Virus record (IMG/VR): IMGVR_UViG_3300033067_000449
Span: 3,361-67,360 of that record
Direction: 5' to 3' (one strand)
Source of the DNA: a virus
Lineage: Duplodnaviria > Caudoviricetes
Length of the DNA: 64,000 nt
The position numbers and the translations under genes were made by a program. Positions 56,652 to 64,000 of this stretch are shown here, in pieces. The notes under the pieces are model-generated. The model searched no databases. It was not told the origin of the DNA and saw only the letters and a list, made by a program, of their open reading frames with translations. Every line of letters begins with the position of its first letter. Position 1 is the stretch's first letter.

Positions 56652-58505
56652 TTATACAATTTCGCAAGCACCACCTGCACAAGCAGCTTCGCCCATCAAA
56701 TTTGTATTGTCGTTAATTTCTACAATATTTGCGACATTGATTTTACTCAAACCCTTTGACATTTCTAGGTAGGTAGCCTCGTCAGTATCCTCGAATGGAG
56801 TCTGTTTGTATGAGCCCAAATCTTCAGGCACGAATGACAGACCGTTGTAGTGATTCTGATTCTCCCACAACCATTCTCCAACGATTCCCCACTCGCTTGG
56901 TTTCATAGTCACACTAGCCGAAACGTTGTGTGTATTCTCACCATAGACGTGCCCAGGTTTAATCCATTTCTCGTGGAGCAACTTCACCCTTTCCAAGAAC
57001 TGAATTGCGCTCTCAGAGTGACGAGTAATCGAACCTTTAGGAGCAGCGATTGGAACACATACATATGCCTCAGCAGAAGTGTAAATACTATCCTCTAGCA
57101 ACTCAGGGTGGTTGATTGACAAGTAGGTGTAAAGGGCCTCACTCTTACCTACTTTCATTCTGCGGATGTAGTAATCTGAGTGCCAAGTGTGAACACCAGA
57201 CGAGCATCCCAAAACGATTGATGATGTTCCTGACGGCTTGATTGTGGTGATACGAGCAGAAGGATTGATTCCAATCTCATCGGCAGTAACTCTATTGACT
57301 CTGTAAGCAACTTCAGCAGCCTCAGGCATATCCAAATTAAGAACTGCGCCCGATGCAACACCAGTCATACCGATTCCCAATAAAGCCTCTCTTTCAGTTA
57401 CTTCTTTCCATTCGGGTCTCAGATAATGAAAATCAGTGTAAGATGCTTGCAATGTTCCAATAAAGGCAGCAGCCGCTGTTCTCTGTTCGAAATCATACTG
57501 ATCTTTCAAGTCAGAAGCATTAATCTCCACCAAATTACAGAATTGGAATGAGTTCAAGCTAATCTCAGCGCAAGGATTCGTTCCGAGTTCCAAATCATTC
57601 GTAAAGAAGAAGCCAGGTTCGCCTGAATTACTTGCTTCAACTTTCTTCCACAAGTCCAAGAATTGACTCTTGTTGATTGTACCACGAAGTAACTTTGCAC
57701 TGTTGTTGGCACGACCACGCTGAGGATTTGTTTCATACCACTTACCGAATTTGCAAGTAAGCATATCTTCATCATCGTAATCGAATAAAGCAATCATTGC
57801 GGATCTACGGATACCACCAGCCAATACTGCATTTGCAATATGACATAGGATATCGTGGCACTCTAATGATGTCAACTTTTCTCCGTCTTGTTTACGCTCA
57901 AGAATAGATTCAATTTGCAATAAACAAATTCTCAAAGGCTCTGGTCCTGGAGCAACCCCACCGCTTGTAATCAATCTCTCTCCCTTTGCACGGATAGCAC
58001 GGAAGTCAAAGTTTGGTTTCCAAGTGCTGAGACCGAAATACGACTTCATCAATACCTTTACGGCATCGGCCCATCCTTCGATGTTATCGGGGATTAAGAA
58101 CCTTCTCTGTTTCTTCGGCTTGGCAATGGCAGGTAATTTACTAATGTGATTACGGCTGATGCTATAACCGACTCCAGTACCCGAAAGCAATAAGAACATA
58201 GTCTCATTAAATGCCCGATAGTCGTCAATGTGAAGATAAGAGCAGTTAAAAAGACGAGCGTTATTAACTTCAATAGGTTTACCAGCAAATTGAAGAGAAC
58301 GCATTGACGGAAGAATTTCTCTATTTCGTACAAATTTGTAAGCATTTTTAATTTCTTGTTCTAGTTGGGGAAACTTACGAATGTGCATGTCGATGTTGCG
58401 GTCGATAATCTCATTCCAAGTTTCTCTTCTTTGTTGAGTTTGGTTGTATTTAGCATACTTGCTCCATACAACGATGTCCGATAGTATTTCGTGATTTAGT
58501 TCCAT
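56652..58505 (-). CDS. nrdJ: class II (adenosylcobalamin-dependent) ribonucleotide reductase, monomeric RTPR type
   Basis: 'LPSMRSL', 'FNCS', 'LLLSGTGVG', 'GGIRRSA', 'GTNPCAEI', 'TTIKPSGT', C-terminal 'ACAGGACEI'; no small subunit gene. Confidence 0.92.
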   Translation of the reverse strand: MELNHEILSDIVVWSKYAKYNQTQQRRETWNEIIDRNIDMHIRKFPQLEQEIKNAYKFVRNREILPSMRSLQFAGKPIEVNNARLFNCSYLHIDDYRAFNETMFLLLSGTGVGYSISRNHISKLPAIAKPKKQRRFLIPDNIEGWADAVKVLMKSYFGLSTWKPNFDFRAIRAKGERLITSGGVAPGPEPLRICLLQIESILERKQDGEKLTSLECHDILCHIANAVLAGGIRRSAMIALFDYDDEDMLTCKFGKWYETNPQRGRANNSAKLLRGTINKSQFLDLWKKVEASNSGEPGFFFTNDLELGTNPCAEISLNSFQFCNLVEINASDLKDQYDFEQRTAAAAFIGTLQASYTDFHYLRPEWKEVTEREALLGIGMTGVASGAVLNLDMPEAAEVAYRVNRVTADEIGINPSARITTIKPSGTSSIVLGCSSGVHTWHSDYYIRRMKVGKSEALYTYLSINHPELLEDSIYTSAEAYVCVPIAAPKGSITRHSESAIQFLERVKLLHEKWIKPGHVYGENTHNVSASVTMKPSEWGIVGEWLWENQNHYNGLSFVPEDLGSYKQTPFEDTDEATYLEMSKGLSKINVANIVEINDNTNLMGEAACAGGACEIV

Positions 58506-58506
58506 G

Positions 58507-58899
58507 TTAGAATGTTTTGCCGTGTTTGTATCCTCTCAATTTATTATAATTGATCTTGAGGAGAATGTGTGTTTCCAAATCTATGCCAAGTCCACCACAT
58601 AGGTCAAAAAGTCTGATTACTGTGTCGGCAATCTCATCTTCGAATGTGTTCTTGACATTGACCTCAAACTCGTGCTTGAAGGTTTCGGCATCCATTGGAT
58701 ATGGATCTTCTAGGTAAGCATCGTGGAGTATTCCTGCGATGTTAGGAGATACCTTGTGTTCTTTGCGTAATGCCTCTAGTCCTTCAGATAGTTCTGAGAC
58801 CACCAACATTAAAAGTTCAGGTACGTTGCGTTCTGAATCCCAGAAGCCTTTTTCTTTTGCAGTTGCGTGTGACAACTCGATTAATTTATCAATATTCAT
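58507..58899 (-). CDS. MazG-like nucleotide pyrophosphohydrolase
   Basis: 'LMLVVSELSEGLEALRK', 'EDEIADTVIRLFDL', 'KINYN..R.YKHGK'. Confidence 0.85.
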   Translation of the reverse strand: MNIDKLIELSHATAKEKGFWDSERNVPELLMLVVSELSEGLEALRKEHKVSPNIAGILHDAYLEDPYPMDAETFKHEFEVNVKNTFEDEIADTVIRLFDLCGGLGIDLETHILLKINYNKLRGYKHGKTF

Positions 58900-58903
58900 G
58901 TGT

Positions 58904-60757
58904 TTAAAATAAGGTTAGTTGTTGTGGTTCAATCTCGTCGATAATCTTTTTACACTCGATACCGAAGAAGTTGTAATCTATTTGGTAATCTTCCCAGTTT
59001 TCTTTTTCTTGGAAGTAGTTGCATTCTTGTGCAAATCCTCCTGCCAAAAGGCTATTGAGTCGTCCGTCAACATTTTGTTTGAAAACCGAGTCGCCCGTTG
59101 TTGTTGGAAGAAAGCGCATAACCTTCCCAAGATTTTTGATAACCTTGTTGCCTTCTTGCACCGTGTGCACTTCTGCGTGCCAACCCCTAGTCGCTTTATA
59201 TCTTCCGAAAAAATCATAAATGTTACGTGATTCAAAGATAGTACTTTTTATTGGTTTTTTGTTCACGAAATACTTCTCCAATGCCTTTGCTACAATCAGA
59301 TAGGAGTTGTCTTTATGCCAGTCTTTTTCTGTCTCAAATATCCCTTTCTTCTTTACCTTTCCGCTTGTTGATTCTGCAAGATAATTATTAACATCTCTGA
59401 TGACCATAAGTTTGTATTTACTATCTTCAAGTATCAATCCCGTCAACGCCATAAATCTTCTGTTGATTTCGTTGATTCTTTCGATGCTTTTCTTATGTAC
59501 TCTCACTGTCAAACCGTCCGTGTTGATTTGTAACAGTTGCACGTTTTTGACATTTGTCATGTATGCTTCTGCTAGCATTGTCAATAGAAGTTGCCCGTTA
59601 ACTGTGATTCTATAAAAGTAATACCTATCAAAGAAGGCACTCGTTGATTCTCCAGTCTTACCGAAGATTCCGTTCAGTGCGAGTTTAAGACCTGCCTGTA
59701 CTACATCGTCTCCCGCTTCTTGTGCTTCTACCCTATCGTCAAATATCTTCTTGTAGGTATCAATAAATACTTCTTGTGGAATGTGCTTAGGGTGAAAGTT
59801 GTTTGTGATTGCGATGTTCGGGTAGTAGGATTTTACGTCAAAGTCAATAATCTCATACTCATCATCTGATTCATATTTTCCAGCAGGTATGCATCCATGT
59901 ATTCCTCCTACTCCGTAGTGAAAATGAAAGCCTTTGAATACAACCGTATGCTTGAATTTAGTATCCTCTGTAATTACAGTTCTTTTGATTGAGGCCAGCA
60001 AATCCTGAAATTCTCTGTTCTGAAACTTGATGTATGGAATAACACAATCCTCCAAGTAAACAGCAGGATCAAACTTAACTCTTTCTTTCAAGGCTTTCTT
60101 ATCGAGTCCGCTTGCTGCTTTGATGTATCGCACAAATATTTCCTCTCCGATAGCAACATCGGGTTTGTTTAGAAAGTTTGATTTGTACATCTTTGAGAAG
60201 GCTTTTCTAAATTCAATTTTGTCTGCACATAGAAAGTAGAATTTTCGCGTAGATAAAACGTCATTCAGGTTATAGGAAAGTACAGATTCAACTTGGTCTT
60301 CTGTGATTTCTTCTTCGTGACTTATGGGCATTTCTTGTACATTGTACCATCCCATAGAAACTTGTAACGCTTTCAGTGATGTTCTTCTAGCCTTGTTATT
60401 GTAGTGGTTGATCAGATACAGGTCAAGCTGATTCTTCAATTTAGTTCTTGGCTTTTCGTTATCTTCCTTTGTGATGAACTGCTGAACAAATATGTAGATT
60501 GAATACGCTACGTTATGACCAGGCATTTCGCTATACCTCTGTCGGTTATCAATGATGTGGTCTAAAACAACAGCATCAAATCCTATGTTGTTGAATCCAA
60601 CCATTGTCATAGGTTGTTCTAAGTACTCAACCAACTTGTCAGTATCGTTGTTCCACGGAGAGATTGTGAATACGGTTGGGGTCTCAGAATCCTCTTCTAT
60701 ATCCGTATAGGAGAAGAAGTTTCTCATTGTTTCAATATCATATATTACCGTTTTCAT
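58904..60757 (-). CDS. family B DNA polymerase with a 3'-5' exonuclease domain
   Basis: 'YDIET', 'GFNNIGFD', 'YNLND' exonuclease motifs; 'DFDVKSYYPN', 'KLALNGIFGK', 'NTDG' polymerase motifs. Confidence 0.9.
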   Translation of the reverse strand: MKTVIYDIETMRNFFSYTDIEEDSETPTVFTISPWNNDTDKLVEYLEQPMTMVGFNNIGFDAVVLDHIIDNRQRYSEMPGHNVAYSIYIFVQQFITKEDNEKPRTKLKNQLDLYLINHYNNKARRTSLKALQVSMGWYNVQEMPISHEEEITEDQVESVLSYNLNDVLSTRKFYFLCADKIEFRKAFSKMYKSNFLNKPDVAIGEEIFVRYIKAASGLDKKALKERVKFDPAVYLEDCVIPYIKFQNREFQDLLASIKRTVITEDTKFKHTVVFKGFHFHYGVGGIHGCIPAGKYESDDEYEIIDFDVKSYYPNIAITNNFHPKHIPQEVFIDTYKKIFDDRVEAQEAGDDVVQAGLKLALNGIFGKTGESTSAFFDRYYFYRITVNGQLLLTMLAEAYMTNVKNVQLLQINTDGLTVRVHKKSIERINEINRRFMALTGLILEDSKYKLMVIRDVNNYLAESTSGKVKKKGIFETEKDWHKDNSYLIVAKALEKYFVNKKPIKSTIFESRNIYDFFGRYKATRGWHAEVHTVQEGNKVIKNLGKVMRFLPTTTGDSVFKQNVDGRLNSLLAGGFAQECNYFQEKENWEDYQIDYNFFGIECKKIIDEIEPQQLTLF

Positions 60758-62447
60758 CGAATGTTAAATAGCTTTGTGAGTAAAGGATATCAAGTAGTCT
60801 TTCAAATCTACCATCTTCCGAGTATCGTCCTGTTAATTTATCAAAATTATAATCTACTGAACCAAGCTGGCCTCTGAAGTGATACTTCATCTTCTGAACG
60901 TGAAGTGATACAGTATGGTCTTGTGCTTGATCTGTGTAATCCCTGTGAATAGCAATACCTACGTCAGGAGCATTGAAGAAATGAGAACTCTGTGCGATGT
61001 CATACAATCTAGGTACAGCATACTGACCATTGCTCTTCTCCATCTTTCTAGGGTGAGCAGCCAATGTGATATTGATGTTGTATTTCAAGGCTGTCTTTTT
61101 GAGTTTCCTCAACATCTCTCCAATTCTTTCGTGTGCGCTTTCTTCCTTGCTCTGTGTGTCAATGTAGTTGAACGGATCAATACAAAGACAATCAATACCA
61201 TAACGCTTAATCATAGTAATTGTCAAGTCAAGAATGTGATTGAGGGTAAACTCTTCCATCTCCTCAACATTAAAGAAGAAGAAATGCTTGTCCAACTTAT
61301 TCATTATGACCTTGATTTCATCGGGTTGCATTGTTGACAAGGCTTTTCCTGCAATCTGTTCAGCCATACGAGATAGTTTAAGTGGTGCTACGTTCTCAGG
61401 AGAGAAGATTGCAAACTTCCAATCAGATATGATTGCCAATCTTGCGTACATATAGTCCAACCATGTGCTCTTCCCTGAACCTGGCACACCCGTAAGAACA
61501 ACAAGTTCTCCCTTGTTCCAAGTTAAGTGCTTGTCTGTCTGCGTCATAGCAACAGTTTCACCTCTTGGGTAGCCAGATTTTGAGAAGTCAACTACCTGTT
61601 GGATGTACTCTGATGTACGAGCAATCTCCTTGATTGGAATGGGTTGAGCCTCAGAATATAATTTCTTTATGGCTTCAACTCCATATGCTTTCAGTACATC
61701 GTTAGCATCCTTAGCATCTTCAGGAAACTGAATTATAAAAACATTTGATTGATCAAATCGTCTCGCAAGGTCCTCCTTGAGTTTTTGTCCAGGACTGTCA
61801 TTGTCAGTCGCAAGAATAATCTTTTTGTTTTCAAAATGAGTGTATGTATCATCTAACCATTGTAAATTGTTAACTCCTTTGCTTGCTCCGTTAGGACAAG
61901 ATACAGCAAATGGATATCCTGCTTGATACCAAACCATTGCTTCTTCTTCACCCTCGCAGATAATAATCTCAGCACTATCTTTGATTCTGTTTAAGTTATA
62001 TGGAATCTTTTTCGCTCCACTAACCATCTTGAACTTCTTATCTGAAGTTTTGAATTTTATATTTACTAATTCGTCTCCGTCATAGTAATTAAAGCAAATG
62101 ACCTTGTGTTTCTGCTCATCTTGTGGCATCCACTCAATAGACATCGAGACACCAAAGGCATCCACAGTTTCCTGCGAGATACCTCTGGACTCGAAGTATT
62201 TAGTCACTCTGCTATCGGGTGCTTCGGTTTTGGGTTCGGGCTTTGTGTATTGTTTTACACTAGCTACTGAACCTTTCTTTTGACAGTGGTGGCACTTGAA
62301 TAGACCTTCGTCTATGTTTACGGAAAGCGATGGGTCGGAGGATTTCTTTCTCGTATGTGCACACCACGGACACTGTGTTTTTATCATCCCACTAAAATGT
62401 CCTTTAGTGTCGATGCCTGCTTTAGTTAGTTCGGATTGATATCCCAT
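60738..62447 (-). CDS. primase-helicase (Zn ribbon + TOPRIM + SF4 helicase)
   Basis: 'CPWC...CHHC', 'CEGEEEA', 'ATDND', 'KDANDVL', Walker A 'GVPGSGKST', 'IDPFN', 'AHPRK'. Confidence 0.92.
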   Translation of the reverse strand: MGYQSELTKAGIDTKGHFSGMIKTQCPWCAHTRKKSSDPSLSVNIDEGLFKCHHCQKKGSVASVKQYTKPEPKTEAPDSRVTKYFESRGISQETVDAFGVSMSIEWMPQDEQKHKVICFNYYDGDELVNIKFKTSDKKFKMVSGAKKIPYNLNRIKDSAEIIICEGEEEAMVWYQAGYPFAVSCPNGASKGVNNLQWLDDTYTHFENKKIILATDNDSPGQKLKEDLARRFDQSNVFIIQFPEDAKDANDVLKAYGVEAIKKLYSEAQPIPIKEIARTSEYIQQVVDFSKSGYPRGETVAMTQTDKHLTWNKGELVVLTGVPGSGKSTWLDYMYARLAIISDWKFAIFSPENVAPLKLSRMAEQIAGKALSTMQPDEIKVIMNKLDKHFFFFNVEEMEEFTLNHILDLTITMIKRYGIDCLCIDPFNYIDTQSKEESAHERIGEMLRKLKKTALKYNINITLAAHPRKMEKSNGQYAVPRLYDIAQSSHFFNAPDVGIAIHRDYTDQAQDHTVSLHVQKMKYHFRGQLGSVDYNFDKLTGRYSEDGRFERLLDILYSQSYLTFDENGNI

Positions 62448-62449
62448 AT

Positions 62450-62791
62450 TTATATAATAAAGTCTCTTTTACCTCTGGTTGCAAACTTCCAAGTTTTGAT
62501 TGCGTGCTGCCAACTTTTCATTTTGTTCTTGCCAATCATCCATCCTTTTGCTTCATAGAAGTTCCAAAACTTTTCTGCTTCTTGTTCAGGGTTGATTACA
62601 TTCATTGCGTTCAGGTGGGCAGATATTTCTGCTAGTGTTGGTGGTTGAAATCTTTTGGGTGAGGCCTCACTTTCGATCTTCTCAGGCAGAGAATAAAACA
62701 ACTCATCTAGGTATGACCACTCCCCTTTGGTTTGTCCTTCAATCAATCCCTTCAGAATCAATTTGATGGTTTGGTATTCTTCGTTTTTCAT
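62450..62791 (-). CDS. replication-organiser C-terminal-like protein
   Basis: 'FQPPTLAEI...AEKFWNFYEAKGWMIGKNKMKSWQHAIKTW' motif typical of Bacteroidota (pro)phage replication proteins. Confidence 0.65.
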   Translation of the reverse strand: MKNEEYQTIKLILKGLIEGQTKGEWSYLDELFYSLPEKIESEASPKRFQPPTLAEISAHLNAMNVINPEQEAEKFWNFYEAKGWMIGKNKMKSWQHAIKTWKFATRGKRDFII

Positions 62792-63075
62792 TTGTTAAAA
62801 TCTGAGTATTTAAGTCCCCACTGTAAGTTAACCATAGCCATTTCTCTTTCTGCTAGTTCTTTGCTTACTCTAAATGTTTTGCGCAAGTAGGCTGATCCCC
62901 ACTCTCTCCACTCTTCTGATTGAGCAATAGTCATGGTCCACTCGGCCCACCATTGATCCTTGCGGTCTTTGATATCATCGAATGTAACATCGTGACCTGC
63001 AATAATAAACATCTGATTAATCAAATCTACTACTGCCTTTTCTCGTTTTTGTTCTCTAGTTAATCGTTTTGCCAT
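62788..63075 (-). CDS. hypothetical protein (95 aa; start moved to ATG 63075)
   Basis: MAKRLTREQKREKAVVDLINQMF...; the longer ORF-track start overlaps the HNH gene. Confidence 0.65.
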   Translation of the reverse strand: MAKRLTREQKREKAVVDLINQMFIIAGHDVTFDDIKDRKDQWWAEWTMTIAQSEEWREWGSAYLRKTFRVSKELAEREMAMVNLQWGLKYSDFNK

Positions 63076-63079
63076 AATA

Positions 63080-63592
63080 TTATAAATAGTTAAATCTAAG
63101 ATTTCTGCCAGTTGACATTCTATACACCACATTTTTGTACACACAGTTGGTTGTCTTGCATGCTTCAATCAAGGAAGTATAAAAGATTCCAGTTTGTAAG
63201 TCTATTACTGGTTTAGATTTATGTTTTTTAGCAGTTAGTCTCATAGCTTCTTTTTGTTTTTCTGTACTTCTATTTAAACCCATATCCCAGCAGTGTTTAT
63301 TGTTTTCTGAACGTGTACACCACTCAAGATTGCTTATATTGTTATCTTGTTTAACTCCGTTTATGTGGTTTACTTCTTTCTTACCCAGTGGGTTTGGTAT
63401 AAATGCTAGTGCAACTAATCTGTGGACAAAATAATGTTTAAAAGTCCCTTCCTTAGATAGACCAACCACAGTATAACCGTATACATTGGAATAACATTTT
63501 AAGAGTTTATTTTTTTTCACATTTTGAACTTCTCCGTCCTCAGAGATCTTGTAAATGCCTTCATAACCGACTATATCTTTCCAGATTTTCAT
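63080..63592 (-). mobile_element. free-standing NUMOD4-HNH homing endonuclease gene
   Basis: 'WKDIVGYEGIYKISEDGEV' (NUMOD4), 'VHRLVALAF...VNHINGVKQDNNISNLEW' (HNH_3), C-terminal NUMOD1-like segment. Confidence 0.88.
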
Positions 63593-63936
63593 TTTGTGTC
63601 TTGATTTTTATACAATTCGTAAATGCTGTTTGTTGTTGCAAACTTAATATAGTTTTCTTTCTGTTCCAAAATCTCTGTAACAGTAGTAGTCAGCCAGGTA
63701 TAAGACATTCTTTGAGGATCTAGAATAAGCGACCTACCTACTGCAGGTTCATCATGTAGTTCTTTAAAGGTACCATCTTCAGCCCATTCAATCCATCCAA
63801 CTTTATCACCAAAATTAAGTAGATTATCTCTTTCTCTAACCAGTTTATACTTGTAGCCGAGAACCTCTAAAACATTATCTTCTGTTAATGTCAATGGTAT
63901 TTTGTCTTGTTTAATCTTGCTCATTGTTACCTCCAA
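63589..63936 (-). CDS. hypothetical protein (115 aa)
   Basis: ORF track; 'YKLVRERD...G...GWIEW.EDG.FK' pattern. Confidence 0.65.
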   Translation of the reverse strand: MEVTMSKIKQDKIPLTLTEDNVLEVLGYKYKLVRERDNLLNFGDKVGWIEWAEDGTFKELHDEPAVGRSLILDPQRMSYTWLTTTVTEILEQKENYIKFATTNSIYELYKNQDTK

Positions 63937-64000
63937 ATGTTTCGTTGTACATTTTTTCTGCGATTTGAATCAATGATTCTCTAATATGTTGACCCATATC

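Noticed and set aside
233-60687. GGTCTC sites as a BsaI cloning or synthesis artefact
   Set aside because: The GGCCTCAG variant is equally frequent, the sites lie in-frame within intact natural-looking ORFs, and there is no vector sequence. Not fully excluded without raw reads.
52137-61455. Plus-strand ORFs inside terminase, RNR, polymerase and helicase
   Set aside because: Antisense shadows of well-supported minus-strand genes.
1-64000. tRNA, tmRNA or rRNA genes
   Set aside because: No cloverleaf with a GTTCRA T-loop and acceptor stem was seen in the intergenic regions (5930-6640, 7241-8041, 13072-13492); a tRNAscan/ARAGORN run would confirm.
1-64000. Integrase, diversity-generating retroelement or intron
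   Set aside because: No tyrosine/serine recombinase or reverse transcriptase motifs; RNR, polymerase, terminase and MCP are uninterrupted.
1-64000. Stop-codon reassignment (alternative genetic code)
   Set aside because: All core genes are full-length under the standard code with tight stop-start overlaps.

Overview
This window is most of the genome of a tailed dsDNA phage, very probably infecting a Bacteroidota host. The evidence is TAnnTTTG/-33 TTG promoters throughout, no Shine-Dalgarno pattern and Bacteroidota-phage-type proteins. The virion module has a crAss-like, podovirus-style order. Layout: (i) minus-strand early/accessory arm at 1-12.3 kb, with a DnaA-C-domain protein, a tandem paralog triplet, a GATase plus amidoligase pair, small membrane peptides, a PAPS-reductase-family protein, a YqaJ exonuclease and an SSB. 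(ii) Plus-strand virion arm at 12.4-52.2 kb: HTH regulator, portal, scaffold, MCP, NinG, ring/muzzle-like tail proteins, three putative ejected proteins including a 3048-aa polyvalent protein, endolysin, tail fibres, holin and a cluster of very basic small proteins. (iii) Minus-strand arm at 52.2-64 kb: terminase, u-spanin, metallophosphoesterase, class II RNR, MazG, family B DNA polymerase, primase-helicase and HNH. I saw no integrase, tRNA, CRISPR array, reverse transcriptase or RNA polymerase. The most unusual signals are: a GC-rich octamer GGYCTCAG found 27 times by eye (22 on +, 5 on -) in several reading frames; two apparently catalytically dead peptidoglycan-hydrolase homologues of two different folds; a 21-bp inverted repeat bracketing the likely first early gene; a hairpin-dense non-coding region of about 600 nt; and a duplicated terminator-promoter cassette flanking a 958-aa structural gene. 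All family assignments come from motif recognition by eye; no database search was run.
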